From contig NZ_LN852693.1 in the NCBI RefSeq assembly GCF_001244545.1, positions 288,656 through 320,655 of the forward strand: a stretch of 32,000 nt of DNA, read 5' to 3'. The notes below the pieces were generated by a model that was not told the DNA's origin, did no database searches, and worked only from the letters and a program-made list of their open reading frames with translations. A program made the translations under genes and the position numbers. The stretch comes from Candidatus Stoquefichus sp. SB1. GTDB taxonomy: Bacteria > Bacillota_I > Bacilli_A > Erysipelotrichales > Coprobacillaceae. Every line of letters begins with the position of its first letter. The first letter of the stretch is position 1. Shown in pieces: positions 27,101 through 32,000 of the stretch.

Positions 27101-30100
27101 GAAGTCAATTTGGTTATTCGTCAGTTTTGTCCTTTTTGTGACATCTTCTTTAGATAAGAAAGAATTGTGTTTACGGGCTTCAATCACACTATCACCTACT
27201 GAAGCACCCAAACCATCTATAGAAGTAAATGGTGGCAATAAACCTTGAGGATCATCTGGATCTAATATAAAATTACGTGAATCAGATTTCTCTAAAGAAA
27301 TATTATTAAAATGAATATCTCTTTCATACATTTCTAAAGCAATTTCAAAAACAGAAATCAATGCTTCTTCCTTATTAGAAATTTTTACACCATTTTGTTT
27401 ATCAGATAAAATCTGTTGATATCTTGCCAGAATAGATTCTTTACCTTGAATCATAATTTCAATATCATATGCATCACAGCGTGTTGTAAAATAGACTGCA
27501 TAATATTCTCGAGGATAATAAAGTTTCCACCATGCCACACGAATGGCACTCAATACATAAGCAGCCGCATGTGCTTTAGGGAACATGTATTTAATTTTCT
27601 TACATGATTCAATATACCAAGAAGGAACATCATGCTCACGCATTAATTCTTCATATTTCTTTTCTGGGAATACAGCAGGTGACTTCCCTTTACGTACACA
27701 TTCCATAATATCAAAGGCATCTTTATTAGGCAATCCTTTTTCAATTAGATAAACCATGATATCATCACGACATCCAATAACCTCTTTTAATGTACATGTT
27801 CCAGAACTAATTAAGGTTTCAGCATTTCCTAAATAAACATCTGTTCCGTGTGATAAACCAGAAAGAATAACCAAATCGCTAAATGATGTTGGATGTGTTT
27901 GTTCAAGCATTCCGCGGACAAACTTTGTACCAAATTCGGGTAATCCTAAAGCCCCTGTTTTACAGTTCAAATAACTTAAATCTATACCTAATGCCTCAGT
28001 TGAATTAAAAAGACTCATAACACGAGGATCATTAGTTGGAATATCTTTTGGATTCACACCAGTTAAATCCTGAAGCATCCTAATCACAGTTGGATCAACA
28101 TGACCCAATATATCAAATTTCAAGACATTATCATGAATCGCATGGAAATCAAAATGAGTGGTTTTCCATTCAGCGCTTAAATCATCAGCTGGATATTGAT
28201 AAGGTGTAAAATCATAGACATCCATATTTTCCGGAATAACAATAATTCCTCCTGGATGCTGACCAGTCGTTCTTTTCACACCTGTACATCCTTTAGCAAT
28301 TCTTTCAAGTTCAGCTGCTCGAATAGTATTTTCTTTTCCCATTAATTCAGCATATCCCTTGGCATATCCATACGCTGTCTTTTCTGCTACAGTTGAAATT
28401 GTTCCAGCTCGATAGACATGGCTTTCTCCAAAAATCTCTTTTGTATAAGCATGTGCTGTTGGCTGATAATCCCCAGAGAAATTTAAGTCAATATCAGGAA
28501 CCTTATCTGCATTAAATCCCAAGAAAGTTTCAAATGGAATATTATGTCCATCTCCTTTTAATGGTTTTCCACAGACAGGACAAACTTTATCTGGTAAATC
28601 AAATCCATTCGCAATATATCCTTCTGGTAAAAACTCATTGTACTGACAATGCGGACAATAATAATGTGGAGGCAATGGATTCACTTCAGATATGTCAGCC
28701 ATTGTTGCAACAAACGAAGAACCAACTGAACCACGGCTTCCTACAAGATAACCAGCATCATTTGATTTTTTAACCAATTTATGAGCAATATAATAAATAA
28801 CGCCAAATCCATGTTTGATAATATTATCTAATTCCTTTGACAGACGCTTTTCAACAATATCAGGTAAAACCTCCCCATATTGTTTATGAGCATTTTCAAA
28901 ACACAATTTTCTTAAATTTTCATCTGCATTATCAATATGTGGCGTAAATAATTTATCATGAACAACATGAAAATCACCATCAATCATATCAGCAATCTTA
29001 TTGGTATTTTCTATAACATATTCATATTTTTCATTATCATTTAAATAGTCAAGAGAATCCATCATTTCTTGGGTTGTTCGAAGGTATTCATCTGGCGTCC
29101 AAGCCATAGGATTATTACGATCAGTCAAAGGATGTAATGTTCCTCCCAGCCCTATTTTTGGGTTACATGTGAATACATCACGGAAAATTTTATCTTTTTG
29201 ATCAACATAATGAACATCACCTGTCGCAACAATCAATTTTCCCATTTCTTTAGCTGTATCAACAATACGACGTAATATACGCTTTAAATCATCTTCTGTA
29301 TCAACACGTCCTCTTTCTACAAAATAACGGCAGATATCAAATGGTAAGATTTCAATATAATCATAAAATGCCATAGCCGCTTTTAATTCATCAATACTTC
29401 TTGTCATAGCCAATTCAAAAATTTCTGAATTGTAACATCCACTTCCAAACAATAAACCTTCACGATAAAATTCTAAGCGTTCACGTGGTATACGTGATGT
29501 TTTTTGATAATATGTTGTATTGGCTTCAGAAACGAGCTTAAACATATTCTTTAAACCTGTTTTATTTTTGGCAAGTACACACATATGTTTTGGTCTAACA
29601 ATCTTATATGCGTCTTCACATTCCATTGCATTCATATCTAAAAGATTGTATTTTTGGTTTTGCATCATATCATGTAACATCATGTTAAAAACACCTGCAA
29701 GAACTTCGGCATCATAATCAGCACGATGGGCCTCATCACCATCATAAGCAATACGATAATTACGGGCAACATTTCCTAAACGATATCCTTTAAGTTGTGG
29801 TAATAGTTTCCATGCTAATGTCAAGGAATCGACAGCTGGGTTTTTTAATTTTTGATAGCCATGTCGCTGTAAAATTTCATTTAAAAATCCAACATCAAAA
29901 GTTGCATTATGGGCAACAATAACATCATCACCAAAGAAATCTAAGATTTTTGGAATGAATTCTTCTATTGTTGGTGCATTTTTTACATCTTCATTTGTGA
30001 TATGTGTTAAATTCGTGATTTTTTGTGAGATGCGCTTATTCGGTTTAATTAAGCTTTGAATACGACCAATCTCTTGACCATTTTTAATACGTACTGCACC

Positions 30101-31351
30101 AAATTCAGTAATATCATCATCCATTACAGAAAGTCCTGTTGTTTCAAGGTCAAAAGAAACAAATGTCATGTCCTTTAAAGAAACATCTTTCTCATTATAA
30201 ACAACTGTAAATGATGGATCAATCATATACATTTCTACACCATAAATCATCTTAATCTTATTTTTGATACTTGCCATCTGGGCCTCAGGAAACGACTGAA
30301 CATTTCCATGATCTGTTACAGCAATAGCAGAATGTCCCCAAAAAGCAGCACGTGATATGTAATCGCTAATTGTTCCTATACCATCCATGGCAGACATTTT
30401 AGAGTGAACATGAAGTTCAACACGTTTTTTATCTGCATTGTCTTGTCTCACTTTAGGGGTAGGAATAATTTCTACTTCTCTTGCAATAATAACGGTATCT
30501 TTAGCAAAGGTATCATATTCAACATTGCCTTTAATTCTAACCCACATTCCACCTTTTTTAACTTTATTTAATTCTTCAAGGCTATTAGCTCCTTTATTTT
30601 CAAAACGTTTAACCACAATACTATTAGTATAATCAGTCACATACAATGATTGAATTGTCTTGCCTGTCTTTACTTTTTTAGAATCTTCTTTAAACACATA
30701 TCCTTGGATCATAACTTCTTTCACTGTTTCATCAATTTCATCAATAGTTAAAGAAAAATAATCTTTTTTATAACTTTGATATTTAGGCTTTTTGTCAACC
30801 ACAGTTTCCTCTACCTGATCAAAAGTCTGACTATCAACTTGAACCTCGTTTAAAGCATTCATTTCCTCTTGAATTGACTGATAAATCTCATTGTTATGAT
30901 CAATATAAGCATTGAAACCAATTTGAATACCAAACTTATTAAAATATTTATCAAATATTTTATAAAGATGCTGTAATTGACTTAATTGTATCTCATTAAG
31001 AACTTCAATATTTAAAGTATTCTCTTCAAAAGATAAACTTTCTTCTTTAATAAACTCAAGTTGAGGAAAACGACTTTTTAAACCATTAAAAATAAACAAT
31101 GCATATTCTTTTACATCTGTTGGTGTATAAGATGACATCCAGTCAAAAATAAAATCACATGGATATGGAAATTCTTTTTTAGCTGAAAAAAGAACCCTTA
31201 TTTCATTTAAAGGAACAATATGTGATGCAACAACATAAAACACATATGAATTATCTGCATTCACAATAACTTTTTCAATATTGGCCTGTTTTAATTCAAC
31301 AACTTCATCTTCTAAATGCAGTTGCTGAAGCAAAATTAACATTTTATTCAT
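27035..31351 (-). CDS. polC: DNA polymerase III PolC-type alpha subunit
   Basis: 1438 aa. PHP motif RVELHVHSKMSAMDG, exonuclease FVSFDLETTGLS, polymerase region VPDIDLNFSGDYQPTAHAYTKEIFGESHVYRAGTISTVAEKTAYGYAKGY, C-terminus NQLSLFDL. Confidence 0.98.
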   Translation of the reverse strand: MNKMLILLQQLHLEDEVVELKQANIEKVIVNADNSYVFYVVASHIVPLNEIRVLFSAKKEFPYPCDFIFDWMSSYTPTDVKEYALFIFNGLKSRFPQLEFIKEESLSFEENTLNIEVLNEIQLSQLQHLYKIFDKYFNKFGIQIGFNAYIDHNNEIYQSIQEEMNALNEVQVDSQTFDQVEETVVDKKPKYQSYKKDYFSLTIDEIDETVKEVMIQGYVFKEDSKKVKTGKTIQSLYVTDYTNSIVVKRFENKGANSLEELNKVKKGGMWVRIKGNVEYDTFAKDTVIIAREVEIIPTPKVRQDNADKKRVELHVHSKMSAMDGIGTISDYISRAAFWGHSAIAVTDHGNVQSFPEAQMASIKNKIKMIYGVEMYMIDPSFTVVYNEKDVSLKDMTFVSFDLETTGLSVMDDDITEFGAVRIKNGQEIGRIQSLIKPNKRISQKITNLTHITNEDVKNAPTIEEFIPKILDFFGDDVIVAHNATFDVGFLNEILQRHGYQKLKNPAVDSLTLAWKLLPQLKGYRLGNVARNYRIAYDGDEAHRADYDAEVLAGVFNMMLHDMMQNQKYNLLDMNAMECEDAYKIVRPKHMCVLAKNKTGLKNMFKLVSEANTTYYQKTSRIPRERLEFYREGLLFGSGCYNSEIFELAMTRSIDELKAAMAFYDYIEILPFDICRYFVERGRVDTEDDLKRILRRIVDTAKEMGKLIVATGDVHYVDQKDKIFRDVFTCNPKIGLGGTLHPLTDRNNPMAWTPDEYLRTTQEMMDSLDYLNDNEKYEYVIENTNKIADMIDGDFHVVHDKLFTPHIDNADENLRKLCFENAHKQYGEVLPDIVEKRLSKELDNIIKHGFGVIYYIAHKLVKKSNDAGYLVGSRGSVGSSFVATMADISEVNPLPPHYYCPHCQYNEFLPEGYIANGFDLPDKVCPVCGKPLKGDGHNIPFETFLGFNADKVPDIDLNFSGDYQPTAHAYTKEIFGESHVYRAGTISTVAEKTAYGYAKGYAELMGKENTIRAAELERIAKGCTGVKRTTGQHPGGIIVIPENMDVYDFTPYQYPADDLSAEWKTTHFDFHAIHDNVLKFDILGHVDPTVIRMLQDLTGVNPKDIPTNDPRVMSLFNSTEALGIDLSYLNCKTGALGLPEFGTKFVRGMLEQTHPTSFSDLVILSGLSHGTDVYLGNAETLISSGTCTLKEVIGCRDDIMVYLIEKGLPNKDAFDIMECVRKGKSPAVFPEKKYEELMREHDVPSWYIESCKKIKYMFPKAHAAAYVLSAIRVAWWKLYYPREYYAVYFTTRCDAYDIEIMIQGKESILARYQQILSDKQNGVKISNKEEALISVFEIALEMYERDIHFNNISLEKSDSRNFILDPDDPQGLLPPFTSIDGLGASVGDSVIEARKHNSFLSKEDVTKRTKLTNNQIDFLTKIGVFENMSDENQLSLFDL

Positions 31352-31370
31352 ACAATTCCTCCCGCAATTT

Positions 31371-31393
31371 GAAAAGGGATATAATCATCCCTT
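31371..31393 (-). terminator. Terminator-like hairpin at the rseP 3' end
   Basis: AAGGGAT-(6 nt)-ATCCCTT, followed on the minus strand by TTC. Short T-run. Confidence 0.4.
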
Positions 31394-32000
31394 ATCCAAA
31401 CATTCTCGATATATCTTGATATGTGACAAAAACCATTAAAAGCATAACAAGGCCTAAACCTACCATCTGCAATCCTAATCTCAACTTACTAGGAATTTCA
31501 CGTCCAATCATTTTTTCAACCAACGCAAAGAGCACCTGACATCCATCAAGTCCAGGAATAGGCATAAGATTAAAAATACCAACATTCACGGAAAGTAATG
31601 CTAATAAGTTTAATAAATAAGCCACTTGCCCTGTCTCAGTCACCTGAGCAGTAATTTGATATATTCCAGCTGGACCAGATAATTGTGTCACTGTCTGAGA
31701 AAATTTAGTAACCAATTGCCCTAAAGCCGAAAAAATAGCCATACTCATAGTTCCTAAAGAAACAAAAGTATATTGGAATGATTCAGCAATATTCATATGA
31801 CGTGTTGCTTGTGTTATTCCTAATTTATATTTTCCATCATCTTGATTATAATTGACTTTGACATCAACAACTTCCTTTGCTTCACCACGTAAAACAGTTA
31901 CCTTTAAATTTAAAGTTTGTGAAGTTGTTTTTAAATAATCCTGAGTTAATTGAAGATCATCAAAATTAGAAACCAATAATGTTTGACCTGTTTCTTGCAC
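31392..32000 (-). CDS. rseP: RIP/site-2 metalloprotease RseP, C-terminal part; truncated by window edge
   Basis: Ends in LSGPAGIYQITAQV...LLNLLALLSVNVGIFNLMPIPGLDGCQVLFALVEKMIGREIP, the typical S2P C-terminal NLxPxPxLDG motif. Confidence 0.93.
   Translation of the reverse strand: MQETGQTLLVSNFDDLQLTQDYLKTTSQTLNLKVTVLRGEAKEVVDVKVNYNQDDGKYKLGITQATRHMNIAESFQYTFVSLGTMSMAIFSALGQLVTKFSQTVTQLSGPAGIYQITAQVTETGQVAYLLNLLALLSVNVGIFNLMPIPGLDGCQVLFALVEKMIGREIPSKLRLGLQMVGLGLVMLLMVFVTYQDISRMFG

Noticed and set aside
1-32000. CRISPR arrays, tRNA/rRNA genes, and restriction/defence islands
   Set aside because: I saw no regularly spaced repeats, tRNA cloverleaf with CCA-like ends, or rRNA-like conserved stretches on manual reading. 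A tRNAscan/Infernal run would be decisive.

Overview
This is an AT-rich, low-GC Firmicutes-type chromosomal segment. My inference is a spore-forming, Erysipelotrichia-like lineage. Every gene I can support lies on the minus strand. Most of the window is conserved core content, listed here by ascending coordinate: ispA (partial), xseB, xseA, nusB, Asp23-family, SpoIIIAH-like, efp, a complete comG-type competence pseudopilus operon, MBL-fold hydrolase, rpmG, a class B PBP, lepA, a short SSB, acpS, a disordered protein, ytpR-like, thioredoxin-like, trmB, an RsuA-type pseudouridine synthase, a lipoprotein, a DUF1540-like protein, a Cse60-like protein, aldose 1-epimerase-like, nagA, SDR, rbfA, infB, ylxQ, ylxR, nusA, rimP, polC and rseP (partial). 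The most unusual region is 25.45-27.10 kb. About 1.5 kb carrying a secreted zincin-type metalloprotease ORF, interrupted by one in-frame TAA, and a membrane-anchored partner protein sits between two near-identical 74-bp copies of the 3' end of polC. A 16-bp perfect inverted repeat abuts one junction. This looks like a small cassette inserted at the polC 3' end. Other notable points are a comGF with no canonical start codon upstream of its prepilin processing site, an unannotated 50-aa membrane ORF coupled to comGG, a tail-less SSB, an orphan spoIIIAH, a long acidic NusA tail with repeats, and a disordered protein with duplicated IISP-x-x-G motifs.
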